Below are positions 54,032-64,000 of a stretch of DNA of 64,000 nt, one piece after another. Origin of the DNA: Schizochytrium sp. TIO01. Its lineage: Eukaryota; Protista; Bigyra: Labyrinthulomycetes. Every line of letters starts with the position of its first letter. The first letter of the stretch is position 1. The DNA is taken from contig SMSO01000025.1 in the NCBI GenBank assembly GCA_004764695.1, forward strand, positions 1,922,001 through 1,986,000, written 5' to 3'. The notes below the pieces were generated by a model. The model did not search any database and was not told the origin of the DNA. It saw only the letters and a list, made by a program, of their open reading frames with translations. Position numbers and translations under genes: made by a program.

Positions 54032-55216
54032 ATGAGTGCTCCAGCTCCGAGCCGTAAGTGCTCATGGTGGACCTCCACCCATGAGATGTCACTACCAATG
54101 GTAGTGGGTCTTTGTGTGACGGCAGCTGCCACTGGTGCTGCCTTTGCCTCCTTCGCGACAGCCCATGTGCTTCGTCGTCGAGCAGCAAGTATGGCAGGAA
54201 AGTCTGCGATGGAAGAACTCTCAGGCGTCCAGCGTAGCGTTATGAATCAGAGTACTGCTTCTAGTGTAGCTGGTGCTACTTCTCTAGCTAATGGTGAAAT
54301 GTCCAGCCAGGCTTTGTCTCTCGCGTCAGAAGGTGCCACGAAGAAGAAAGGCAACCCAAATAAAGGTCAACCACAACCTCGGAGATGGTCTGAGTTCCTT
54401 GAAGATGGTTTGCGGACGAGATATGTGGGGTATGCTCGCTCGGTGTATTCTGCAAGGAATTACACTCCCAATCAACCCACGCGAGTTCCTTCGAGCCGTG
54501 CGATGATTGAGCTGAAGAATTGTGATAAAGGCTGCCTCGAAGACCTTGATTCGTTTAGCCATGCCTGGCTGGTCTTTGTGTTCCATGACAATGAATCCAC
54601 AGACTTTGTCAAGGCTAAAATTTTGCCACCTCGTAAACCAGACCGCCGCAAGGTTGGTGTCTTTAGTTGCCGTAGCCCGAATAGACCTAACCCTATTGGA
54701 CTTTCAATTGTTCGTATTGAAAAAGTGGATGCTGATAACCGCAAGCTTCTTGTCAGCGGAGTGGATATTCTGGAGGGAACTCCTATTCTCGATATTAAAC
54801 CCTTTATCCCTGTGCACGATCAACCAGTAGGGGAGGTGCGTGTACCTGCATGGATTGAGGAATCGTCAGCTCTTGAGCCTGATTTTGCCACTGTTGAAAT
54901 CGACCCTTCGGTTCTCGAAAAGCTGCGTCGTTTGCCCCGCAAAGTTAAGCGTGCTGGTCTATACCAAAGTCCTGAGGGAGTTGTGCAGGTTCTTTCAGAG
55001 ATTCTTCGTTGGGATGGGCGCAAACGCCATATTCGCCAGGAACACGAAAAACAGGGTCATGGTGTGTGGCTCTTCGAAATGCTTGGTATGGACTTCAGCC
55101 TTGAATACCCCGCACCAGGTGTGGTCCGTTGTACCGATGTCCATCCCATCGGCGTTGTCCATTTGGTGAATGGCAAGATTGAGCTCTGTGGCCCTGATGA
55201 CCCCCCACATCCTTAA
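54032..55216 (+). CDS. TRMO: tRNA t6A37 N6-methyltransferase TrmO/TsaA family, with N-terminal hydrophobic anchor
   Basis: Motifs TPNQP, LEDLDSFSHAWLVFVFHDN, KAKILPPR, VGVFSCRSPNRPNPIGLSIVRI and GVDILEGTPILDIKPFIP. Confidence 0.9.
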   Translation: MSAPAPSRKCSWWTSTHEMSLPMVVGLCVTAAATGAAFASFATAHVLRRRAASMAGKSAMEELSGVQRSVMNQSTASSVAGATSLANGEMSSQALSLASEGATKKKGNPNKGQPQPRRWSEFLEDGLRTRYVGYARSVYSARNYTPNQPTRVPSSRAMIELKNCDKGCLEDLDSFSHAWLVFVFHDNESTDFVKAKILPPRKPDRRKVGVFSCRSPNRPNPIGLSIVRIEKVDADNRKLLVSGVDILEGTPILDIKPFIPVHDQPVGEVRVPAWIEESSALEPDFATVEIDPSVLEKLRRLPRKVKRAGLYQSPEGVVQVLSEILRWDGRKRHIRQEHEKQGHGVWLFEMLGMDFSLEYPAPGVVRCTDVHPIGVVHLVNGKIELCGPDDPPHP

Positions 55217-55753
55217 GTATTGTCTCAGTCAATTGGCAATTGCTTCATCGGTGCACCCCAATATTCTATTCTCCTAAGGTGATCCTTGGTGAAAGAAGGA
55301 ATTTTAAAACAAATGTAGCGAGAGCCTTGGAAGTCAAAGTCAATCATGAAAGTGATGAGTTTCTTGCTTTCTGATTCTGCTCTGTTGCAATTACCTTGAC
55401 CCCCCCCTCCTCAAAATATCAAATTATAACTTTTTGACTAATGTAATTCTTTGTTCTATTCGTCGGTTGGATTGTTTATATCTGATGTTACAGATAGATT
55501 TCTTATTCGTTAAAAGAAGAACCCAAAACATCCTAATTGGCTAACACAGCTAGCTACCCATGTCGCACTATTTGTACTTGCCAAAATTGATTGAGTGCAT
55601 CATCATCATCTGACATCCCCAGGAAATTGCAGCATTTCAGTGCGTGCAACACTTGAGCATCCCGTTCAAGGCTTGTTTTTGCCAAACATAACGCAAAAGG
55701 CGATTTATTCTCCTTTCACCAATATCCGCTAAAATCTCTTTATAATAGTATAG

Positions 55754-55855
55754 ACCAGAGCAAAACTAGTCCGCTTACACTTCTTCCTGATCGCATGCAC
55801 CAGAGCAAAACTAGTCCGCTTACACTTCTTCCTGATCACATGCACCAGAGCAAAA
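55754..55855. repeat. 45-bp tandem duplication (about 2.3 copies)
   Basis: ACCAGAGCAAAACTAGTCCGCTTACACTTCTTCCTGATC(G/A)CATGC occurs at 55754 and 55799, with a partial third copy at 55844. Confidence 0.95.
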
Positions 55856-56209
55856 ATTAGCTGGGGATCATTGGCAAGAAAAGATATGTACTTTATCATC
55901 ATTTGCCACCCTCAAAGCCATGCTTAACATTCCTAAAGCCTGATAGGTATGTCCTAGCAGTGTCCTTAGTCAGAGTTACTAGGCACTCATAGCGAGGAAC
56001 CCTTTCAGTCCGATGCATTTTAAGTGTCTGATGAAAATCTTGTTTTCCCTGACTGCAGCAAACCCACAACTTTCCTAAAGGACAAACACTCTTGCAAAGT
56101 CAAGAGCTCACATAGGTTAGTGACTCGCCAACCCCCGTTTGTGAATCATCTTATTGCTTGTCATTTGTTGCTTGAAGGAAGGAAAGAAGTAGTCAAGTTG
56201 CGAATCACG

Positions 56210-57109
56210 ATGTCAAACTTCAAGTCTGACTTCAGGCCTGACCTCTTGGAGGGCAAGGTAGTTGTGATCACCGGTGGCGGCTCCGGCATTGGTCTTGGAA
56301 TTGCACGTGCATGCGGCTTACATGGCGCCAAGGTTGTCATTGGTGGTCGTAGGAAAGATAAACTTGACGAGGCTGTGGAGCAGCTCAAGAAGGACGGTGT
56401 CAAGAAAATCGCTGGGTTCACCTGCGACGTGCGCGAGCCTGAACGTTGCAACGAGTTCATCAAGAATGCCGTCGATAAGTTTGGCGCTGTTGATGTCCTT
56501 GTTAACAACGCTGCTGGAAACTTCTCAACAACCATTGAGAAGCTAACTCCAAATGGATTCAATACCATTATGCAGATTGATCTAATGGGCTGCTTCAATA
56601 TGTCCAAGGCCGCTCTTCCCTACCTGAAGATCAGCGGCAAAGGGCTTATCGTAAATATTAGTGCGACAATATACTACAAGGCTTTCCCTTTTCAGATGGC
56701 GGCTTCCAGTGCCAAGTCTGCGATCGATGTGCTTACGCAAAACATCGGAGTTGAGTGGGGAGTTGACCACGGTATTCGCGCTGTGTCTGTAGCTCCTGGC
56801 CCGATTGCCGACACTGTAGGTGGCCCCGGAGGTCGTGTGTTTGGCAAGATGATGGGCAAGGAGACTGATATGGACCTTCGTGCCTACGTACCGTTGGGTC
56901 GCTTTGGAACTGTATCTGATATTGGCAATACAGTCTTGTTTCTAGCTAGTGACGCAGGATCATACATCAACGCTACAACTATTGTTGTCGATGGTGGTCA
57001 CTGGCATGACACCAGTGGCCTCTACCTGCAGGCTCGGGAAAAGATTACCAAGGCCTCCGAATCCGAAAAGACTACCCACAAAGGTGGAGTTGATCGCTCT
57101 AAGTTGTAA
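56210..57109 (+). CDS. DECR2: Peroxisomal 2,4-dienoyl-CoA reductase (SDR, SPS19/DECR2)
   Basis: Motifs ITGGGSGIG, CDVR, LVNNAAGNF, LTPNGFNTIMQIDLMG, IVNISAT, APGPIADT and VVDGG. C-terminal PTS1 -SKL. ATG at 56210. Confidence 0.92.
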   Translation: MSNFKSDFRPDLLEGKVVVITGGGSGIGLGIARACGLHGAKVVIGGRRKDKLDEAVEQLKKDGVKKIAGFTCDVREPERCNEFIKNAVDKFGAVDVLVNNAAGNFSTTIEKLTPNGFNTIMQIDLMGCFNMSKAALPYLKISGKGLIVNISATIYYKAFPFQMAASSAKSAIDVLTQNIGVEWGVDHGIRAVSVAPGPIADTVGGPGGRVFGKMMGKETDMDLRAYVPLGRFGTVSDIGNTVLFLASDAGSYINATTIVVDGGHWHDTSGLYLQAREKITKASESEKTTHKGGVDRSKL

Positions 57110-57660
57110 ACATATCTTTCCTAAGTCTTCGTTATTCTAATGCTGTGCTGTAATGTGTTAGCTCCTAATATGAGATACCTTCCTCGCTTTAACCTTGAAT
57201 ATGCGCATGCATGTCAACTATCACTTGAAGAGCACACAATAAAGCTCACTTCTTTTCTTTTGGGGGGGGGGGGATACTGGGTGTCATGTGAAGCAGCAAA
57301 CGTTTAGATGCATGTTTGGTGTACCTTTTTTTCTTCTTTTCATTTATTATTTGAAGAAGTAGTCTAGATGAGTATATCTAGATATTACAACGAGGGGCCT
57401 GGCTTTCCAGGGAGTGAATTACTTGAATATAGAATCTGTTTTAAAACTTTCCAAATATTGTTTCGTTTTAAATTTACACAAAGGAAAGCGCTATGGAAGA
57501 AAGAAAAGAAATATAGAGGTGGGGCAGCTGATGAAATAGCCGGTAGCGGGCTACCACCAAACTTTTTATTCGATTGAATATATTGTCGACCGAACAAACA
57601 GGATCCCAAACAGACGCTATGCAAGTTTAAAAAATAGCACTAGAGTCTAGAACTAATGAT

Positions 57661-58713
57661 TTACTGAGAAGATGCCTGCGGAACAGCAGCCCCCCCTGAG
57701 GTCGTCGTATTCATAGGTCTCGCAGGTGCTGGCTCTGAGCTAGGCAACTTCGCTGAATCCTTGTTCGTGCTATTGTTGTTGTCGTCTTTACCATTAGCGC
57801 CTTTGTTGTTATCGTCTGAACATGGTTTTGGAGGCGTGTTTGGGGTCAGCATTGCTTCAACAATTTTACGCTCGAAGGCAGATGGTAGTGTCCGTGAAGT
57901 TTGACGCAGGGCATCAAGATCTGCCATGGTAACAATGTATTTATCCTTCTTCGCTTTCTTTGCCGGAGGCGGCATGGAATCCCCAGCTGATGAGGTGGAT
58001 CCATCCTTCATGGAAACGTCATTGTCCGCATCTTGTTTTGTTGAGTCCGTTATTGTTTGTTTGTTGTTTGTTTCCTCCCCTACAGCTGGTGAAGTATGGT
58101 CGCCAGATGAAGTGCCGTCTGAGGTTGTAATCTTTCTTCGCTCTTCCTCGCGCTCCTTGCGCTGCTTATGTCTATAACGGGCAATCGCAGCTACTTCAGG
58201 AAGCACTGAGCTCAGAAATTCTTGAAAGCTACGCGATAAGTATTCAATTTGCTCCTCGCCAAGCTTGCCATTTGGTAATGTGATTGGCGGTGTAAGCTTT
58301 GAGCCAGCTGTTGCAAGCACCTCTTTGGTTCTCCCTTTTCCAACGATGTGTGTGTTAGGCCAATATGCGAGGTCACGCTCAGCAGCGCTCATTGATGTAA
58401 GTTCTGTTTTAATGACCATTCGTTGCTCCTCCTCTTCAATGTTAACGTCAGTACCGTAAAGAACATCGTTTTCATTGTCGTCAATGACTCCACTTGCCCC
58501 AGTATCGAGGACCTTGAGTTCAGCATCTTCACGGAGCCTCTGTAGAATGGCGAGCTCTGAGTTTCCTGTCTTCTTTGAAGCCTTTGCCTTAGGTTTGCGA
58601 GATGATGACGATTTCTTTGCTGCCGGTTTTTTTGCTGGTGGTTTTTTCGTACCTCCAGCGGTCGCAGTGCTCGCTGGCGACTTTGGCACGGGTGACTTAT
58701 TCGATCCTCCCAT
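57661..58713 (-). CDS. TAF4-like histone-fold protein
   Basis: DDNENDVLYGTDVNIEEEEQRM resembles TAF4 INDV..MAGVNL.EE..RI. IEYLSRSFQEFLSSVLPEVAAIARYR fits the alpha2 helix, and the distant IVTMADL fits the displaced alpha3 helix (cf. RVNLRDL). Confidence 0.6.
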   Translation of the reverse strand: MGGSNKSPVPKSPASTATAGGTKKPPAKKPAAKKSSSSRKPKAKASKKTGNSELAILQRLREDAELKVLDTGASGVIDDNENDVLYGTDVNIEEEEQRMVIKTELTSMSAAERDLAYWPNTHIVGKGRTKEVLATAGSKLTPPITLPNGKLGEEQIEYLSRSFQEFLSSVLPEVAAIARYRHKQRKEREEERRKITTSDGTSSGDHTSPAVGEETNNKQTITDSTKQDADNDVSMKDGSTSSAGDSMPPPAKKAKKDKYIVTMADLDALRQTSRTLPSAFERKIVEAMLTPNTPPKPCSDDNNKGANGKDDNNNSTNKDSAKLPSSEPAPARPMNTTTSGGAAVPQASSQ

Positions 58714-60005
58714 GGTTCCCTACGTAGGATGACTTTTCCTATTTTCCGGCTGTCCGTATATAGCTCAAAATAAAGTTGACTCCTCAAGCACCTCTTCCTC
58801 GAAAGTGCTGTAGAATCTCAATTAAAAGGAATACCCTCAGAGAAAGCTCGACGAGAGCACCAAATAGATAGAGACAGATAGATAATCAGATGAATAGTCG
58901 CCGCGACGGAGAGCGAGCCGGAATCCGGCGCCTCTCTCCGCAGCCACACGCAGAAAGGCTGCTTCCTTGACGAGAGCGCTCGCCCTGTAGACGACGAAGT
59001 CAAGCCTGACGCTCCCGAAGGGCTGGCGTTGGCGAATTGTTTCCTCCTTGCTGCCTCGAGGACTGAGAAGAGAAGTCATCTTATTAGTAGTCACTCGTAG
59101 ATACTCCTACAATCAATTAGAAGCATATTAGTCCTAGTCCTATTAATCAATCAGGCCAACGACGACAACCCTTAAATCCTTCTTCATATGGTAGTAATAG
59201 GCTACAATCTCAATAGCAGGGGAATGTCAAACAAATGTGGTGGGGATGAGGAAACAACCTCTGTGGTTAAGCCTGTTTTTACTTATGATGATGAAAGCTC
59301 AATGAAATAGAATACATATTTCCTATTGAGCCTCTTCTTTTTGTAGAAAAGTATCTTGCCTTGCGTATCTTGACTTTTTTCCTATCATTTTCTTCATTAT
59401 TAAAAAAATAGTGAATTAAAACGGGTCAACGTGTAATTCAGCTCAGATAAGTCTTGAGAACATCATAGTGACAACGATGACGGGGGCACAATCTCACAAC
59501 ACGCGGACCAAAACAGCTTGCAGAGATAAATTGTAGACAACACTACCATAAATTTTTGAATGGCATTTTCTTTAAAAAACAAGGATAGAAGAGACAGCCA
59601 GAACTAACAGCACCAATAATCATAAGCTGTAAAACGGTCGACGAAAGAAGCAGGAAACTGACCGTATTGCTACTTCATCTCAACAACGTCAGCAAGGTGT
59701 GACAAGCATGTAATCTACAACAAATAATTGAGACATAGATTTGGGACTTGGAAGGCAACTATGTTGGATAACGAAAACAAGAAGATCAAGAAATTAATCA
59801 AAGGCAGGAGTCCACATTCATGTAATCTTGGGTTAAAGAGGTATCATCTTAAGAGACAAGAGGTTCATGAAGGGGATGAGAACCGCGGTTTAAGCTAAGA
59901 AGCGTTAACTCCTCAGCTGCAAGCGAATACTCATGGAGGTGCAAGGGGAAAAGGAATACGAAGCCAGAGAATGAAAAAATAAGGACAGCGAGCCAATCAA
60001 TAGAT

Positions 60006-60987
60006 TTAGTACTGGTGGCCAGCAGCCTCCTTCTTCTGGCCGAGCTCGAAGGTCTTGCAGCGCTTAAGGCCGATCTGGCACTTGGTCTTGCACTCCTTGC
60101 ACTCAAGGCGGAGGGTCACCTTCTTGGTGGTCTTGGCCTTCTTGTGGAAGATAGGCTTGGTCTGACCACCGTAACCCTTCTGCTTTCGGTCGTATCGTCG
60201 CTTGCCTGTAAGTCCCGAAAGAGTATATTTATATTTGTCATGTAATTTCACATAAATTTCAACCAGATCGTTAGTTACTCTCAAATTCTGAGATAGTCAC
60301 TTCTTGCTGTCCGCATGGAGGCTTTCCTGGCTCTCTGCCATTGAAACCAACCTGTGACTTTCTTTCTTCACTTACCCTGTGCGAAGTTAGAGGCCTTGCC
60401 AGCCTTGTACTGGGTCACCTTGTGGACAGTGTGCTTGCGGCACTGCTTGCCCTTGCAGAAGGTGCGGCGCTCCTTGGGTACGTTCACCTGTACATCGTTA
60501 AAATCCAGGATTACAAATAATCAAAGTATTGGATAAAGCAACACCACGATTCGCCATCGAAGCAGACAATTAAGTTTCGCCACCAGCATCAATTTGCATT
60601 AGATCCATGATGTCACATGTCACACATGATTTATTCATAATTCACAACCTCAAACGTCAGTCATCTCTCTCATTGAGCCACAAGTGATCCTTTCGCACTT
60701 TCCACAAGGACGCATGCAACCTCCTCTTCAGTAGACTCCATCCAGGGCAAGCTCCGTCTCGAACCCTTCTTCGAGCGTTGCCCTGCCATGTGTTCTACCC
60801 AAGTCACCGGGCAGCCAGCCACACGAGTGGCCTCATGTCCATGCATGCCATGCATGCCGGCATCGCGAGTGGCAAGTTGCGTGTCCCAGCTTCAGTGCGT
60901 GGGTCTTTCCCTGCGCTTCCCCAGCGTCCTCCCAGGCTGGCCAGCGCGTCCCCGCTGCCGCGTCCAGCGCACAGCGCCACGTACCAT
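60006..60987 (-). CDS. RPL36A: 60S ribosomal protein eL42 (L44/L36a); exons 60985-60987, 60376-60487, 60006-60205
   Basis: Spliced [67 protein letters not shown].... The ATG-only first exon sits in GCCACCATG|GTACGT context, and all splice sites are GT-AG. Confidence 0.95.
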
Positions 60988-61616
60988 GGTGGCAGAAGCT
61001 TGACGGCGATGGTCCTGTCCGAGTCTGCCTCGCGATCAATCGCCTTTCTTTTCTTCTTTCTTTCTTTCCTTTCTCTCTCCTTCCTTTCCCTCCTTTCTCC
61101 TTATCTTCTCCTTCTCTCTTTCCTCTTTCTTTTACCCTCTTCTCTCTCCGCCTCTTATTTCCTCCCTCGCCGCCGCCGCTCCTTTGCCACCTTAACCCCG
61201 CCCTGCTTTCTCCTAACTACCTCCCAGCTCGCCCTTATCCCAATCCACCTTAAGCCCATACCCCATCTCGCCCCTTACGCTCCTTTCCCTCTTAGGCCCT
61301 TTTAATCCCCCTTAACCAACCAAATTAGGCCGCAGGGTTAGGGTACCAAGTTAGCGATTTCGCTCAATAGGCGCTTCGCCGCCACGGGAGATTAAGGTGC
61401 GATAGACCGGCGGGGCGGCCGAGGAGGGCTAATAGGCAGATAGAGGGAAAGCGGCGAAGGAGAACCACTCCTTTCCAAGAGGGAACACGGGGAACTGAAG
61501 GGAAGCAGAAGGGGAGGGCAAGGGGAGGGAATGCGGGGAATAGTGGGGAATGCAGGGAACGGGGCGCGAAGGAGCGGTGGCGGCGCAGGCAGTCCGAGAC
61601 AAAGTCAGAGTGCAAG
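60988..61616. promoter_or_regulatory. Putative bidirectional promoter between divergent RPL36A and RPL31
   Basis: Head-to-head ribosomal protein genes. The plus strand has a pyrimidine-rich left arm and a purine-rich right arm, with central telo-box-like AGGGTTAGGG and GCCCA/GGCCC motifs. Confidence 0.55.
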
Positions 61617-62197
61617 GTAGGTGGCGGCGAGAGCGCGCGGAGCGTTGAAGGCAGCGGAGACTGGCGCTGTGGAATGCAGCTGGTGCCGCGGAGAGAAGCC
61701 AGGCTGTGCTGGATGGGTAGAATGCTCACTCGAAGAGGGCGTTGACCTGAAGGCAGAGGCAGCATGGCACGATGGGTTGGGTTCATTCATGCCTGCCGTG
61801 TCTGGTTGGCTGGACCACGTGAACGAAGGTCTGCACTTGTCGGCGATACTTTACAATGATGTTGTGGACACTAGCGGAGGACAAGAACAACAGGTTCCGC
61901 CAGATATGGTGCTAGGTCCATTCTCGTGACAATGATCCTGAACTCAGCAGAAGAACCTGGTTCACGTGCTTCCCACTGCCTCTTCAGCCAACTTCACCCC
62001 GGTTTAGGTTGGATGGTGTCGATGACTGGACGTCTTTGCAAAGAAAAGGCAACTAACTTGTTTAATTCTACTGCTCGTTTAATGCTTTGTGGTTTGCTTG
62101 GCGATGTACGCGCTATTTGTAAACGAACTAACAATTGGTTTTGAATATATTTAGGGAGGGAGACCTTAACACCTGCTCTTTCTACACATTTAGCAAA

Positions 62198-62536
62198 ATG
62201 TCCACCCCTAACAAGAAGGAGGAGCCCCTCGAGATCGTTGCCACGATCAACTTGCGCAAGCGCACCCACCGCATCACCTTCAAGAAGAAGGCCCCCCGCG
62301 CTGTCAGCGAGATCCGCAAGTTCGCCACCCAGACTATGGGCACCAAGCAGGTCATCATCTCCCCGGCTCTTAACCAGAAGGTTTGGGCCACCGGCATTCG
62401 CAACGTGCCCAACCGCATCCGCGTTCGCATGTCCCGCCGCCGCAACGAGGACGAGGACGCCAAGGAGCAGATGTTCACGATGGTGGATGTCGTAGAGACC
62501 ACCGGCTTCAGTGGCCTGCAAACGGAGAAAGTGTAA
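62198..62536 (+). CDS. RPL31: 60S ribosomal protein eL31
   Basis: Motif TINLRKRTHRITFKKKAPRAVSEIRKFA..MGT...LNQKVWATGIRNVPNRIRVRMSRRRNEDEDA. TTTAG|CAAAATG suggests a 5'-UTR intron (about 61617-62193). Confidence 0.96.
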   Translation: MSTPNKKEEPLEIVATINLRKRTHRITFKKKAPRAVSEIRKFATQTMGTKQVIISPALNQKVWATGIRNVPNRIRVRMSRRRNEDEDAKEQMFTMVDVVETTGFSGLQTEKV

Positions 62537-63453
62537 TTTCCGAAACTGTCAATGATGACGTATTACTTGCTTTTCTCTTTATTTGGTCTGCCTTGTATTG
62601 CTTTTTGTCCTGCTTTACATTGGCTTTCGCGCATTCACACCGGTCAAGCATTCTTTGGTGGTTACTCGAAGCAATTTACAACATTACGTGCGCTAATGCA
62701 AGAGGCAAAGTGGTTCATTCGTGGATCCCGATCCTTTTTGTCGCGCTCGTGTCGTCGTCGCTGGAACTAGTCTGCCTACCTACGTTATGCTCTACACTGC
62801 TGTGTGTGCGTGTTAAAGCCATCTTGTCCTTGCCTGGTCAGATCCTTCCCCCCCTTGGAAGATCTGAACTTTCGTTTTCCTTGTCTCCCTGTTGATATCG
62901 TTAAATGGCCGGTTTCTATGCTTGCTGCTCTTGGGTTCTCTGTTTGGATTTGAAGGTCTGTCGAAAGAGGCATGTATTCTTCATATTGGAACCAATAATG
63001 TATGCATAGCTTGGGTTAGTGACGGATCTCCGTCTCTTGTTGTGACCTCCTGTTAGATCTGGCTAAGGATCTTGGCCCTTGCTGTCTGTCCTCGACAACA
63101 CTTGAGCGTCTCTTGTCCATCTCCTTTTCCCATTCTCGACAGGTATTTCTTGGGTGTTGCTGTAGAACAATACTTTCAAAGTTCGTGAAATCTCGAAGGA
63201 AGTTTCTTTGAAGGGTGGAATGAAGAGCGGATTAAATTCTGGAATGCACAGTTGCATCTTGAAAAATTTTGACAGATTGCAACGTTAGAAACGAAATACA
63301 AACTTGACGAAGTCTGATTGTTAATGATTATATAGTGCACGTCCGTTTGAAGGTGCTGTTCTGAATTTTTGTGGAAGAGAAGCAGAATGTGAAAACTTGC
63401 TCCAAAAACATAAATTCATTAGTTCTTTTTATAAGGTATGTGTGTCAATGTGT

Positions 63454-64000
63454 TCACGGCGAGGACGCAGGCGGATATACGTCTGACCTCGAGCTGATCG
63501 AGGAAAGACCAGATGCAAATGACTCGGAGCGGTCTTTTGAAACATCATCTTTCGAAGTTGGAAAGCACTGCCGACGCGCAGAACTTGCATACAATCCCTG
63601 TTCTTGGCCCATTGTAGATCTGCCATGGCTGGCACTATCAAAGGCTGACGAGCAGGTCTTAGATGCGGTAGTTTTCTTGCGAGTGGAGACAGGTGCTCTG
63701 ACCTGAAGAGCAAGCACTTTATACGCGGCGGAGAAGGCACAGAATGCCTCATTAGCCGATGCGAGCTTGTTCTTATCAGGGTGAAACATGAGTGCTAGTT
63801 TCTTGAATCGACGCCGAATGTCATTATCGGTAGCCTTGCAACCAAGTCCCAGGCAAACCAGGGGCTCATGAGCAGAGACATCAGGAACGAGATCGTTATT
63901 TTCAAGCTTCAGTATGCTGTCATCCCAGCCGCATGAATAGAGCCATTTGCGACGACTTTCAGAGGAATTCGATTCCTCTTGTTGTCTAAGCTCATCCTTG
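63454..64000 (-). CDS. DnaJ (J-domain) protein, 5' end outside window
   Basis: The frame is open to the window edge: ...CLGLGCKATDNDIRRRFKKLALMFHPDKNKLASANEAFCAFSAAYKVL, with the HPD motif. Confidence 0.85.
   Translation of the reverse strand, partial: KDELRQQEESNSSESRRKWLYSCGWDDSILKLENNDLVPDVSAHEPLVCLGLGCKATDNDIRRRFKKLALMFHPDKNKLASANEAFCAFSAAYKVLALQVRAPVSTRKKTTASKTCSSAFDSASHGRSTMGQEQGLYASSARRQCFPTSKDDVSKDRSESFASGLSSISSRSDVYPPASSP

Noticed and set aside
7575-55216. Functional clustering of two tRNA position-37 methyltransferases (TRM5, TRMO), or of the peroxisomal genes PEX12 and DECR2
   Set aside because: They are separated by unrelated genes, and nothing suggests more than coincidence.
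55754-55855. CRISPR-like array
   Set aside because: The repeats are directly adjacent with no unique spacers, the context is eukaryotic, and there are no cas genes.

Overview
Gene-dense eukaryotic nuclear DNA with few, short GT-AG introns, a delta-tubulin gene and peroxisomal and mitochondrial genes. This suggests a flagellated protist; a labyrinthulomycete/thraustochytrid-like stramenopile is my inference and is not proven. The flanks hold housekeeping and signalling genes: alpha-kinase, TRM5, F-box/LRR, a DEP-domain polycystin-type channel, NDUFA8, delta-tubulin, LSM1, ETNPPL-like aminotransferase, PEX12, TRMO, DECR2, TAF4-like, a divergent RPL36A/RPL31 pair and a partial DnaJ gene. The standout is a gene-sparse island at about 27.5-45.1 kb. 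It encodes three intronless paralogues with the architecture [variable N-terminus]-[LRR]-[NEL 'novel E3 ligase' domain of the bacterial IpaH/SspH effector type, catalytic C-x-D intact]-[U-box-like module]-[basic Ser-rich tail]. A pseudogenised Crinkler-type restriction-endonuclease-fold/kinase gene lies between two of them. All domain calls come from reading motifs by eye; no database searches were run.
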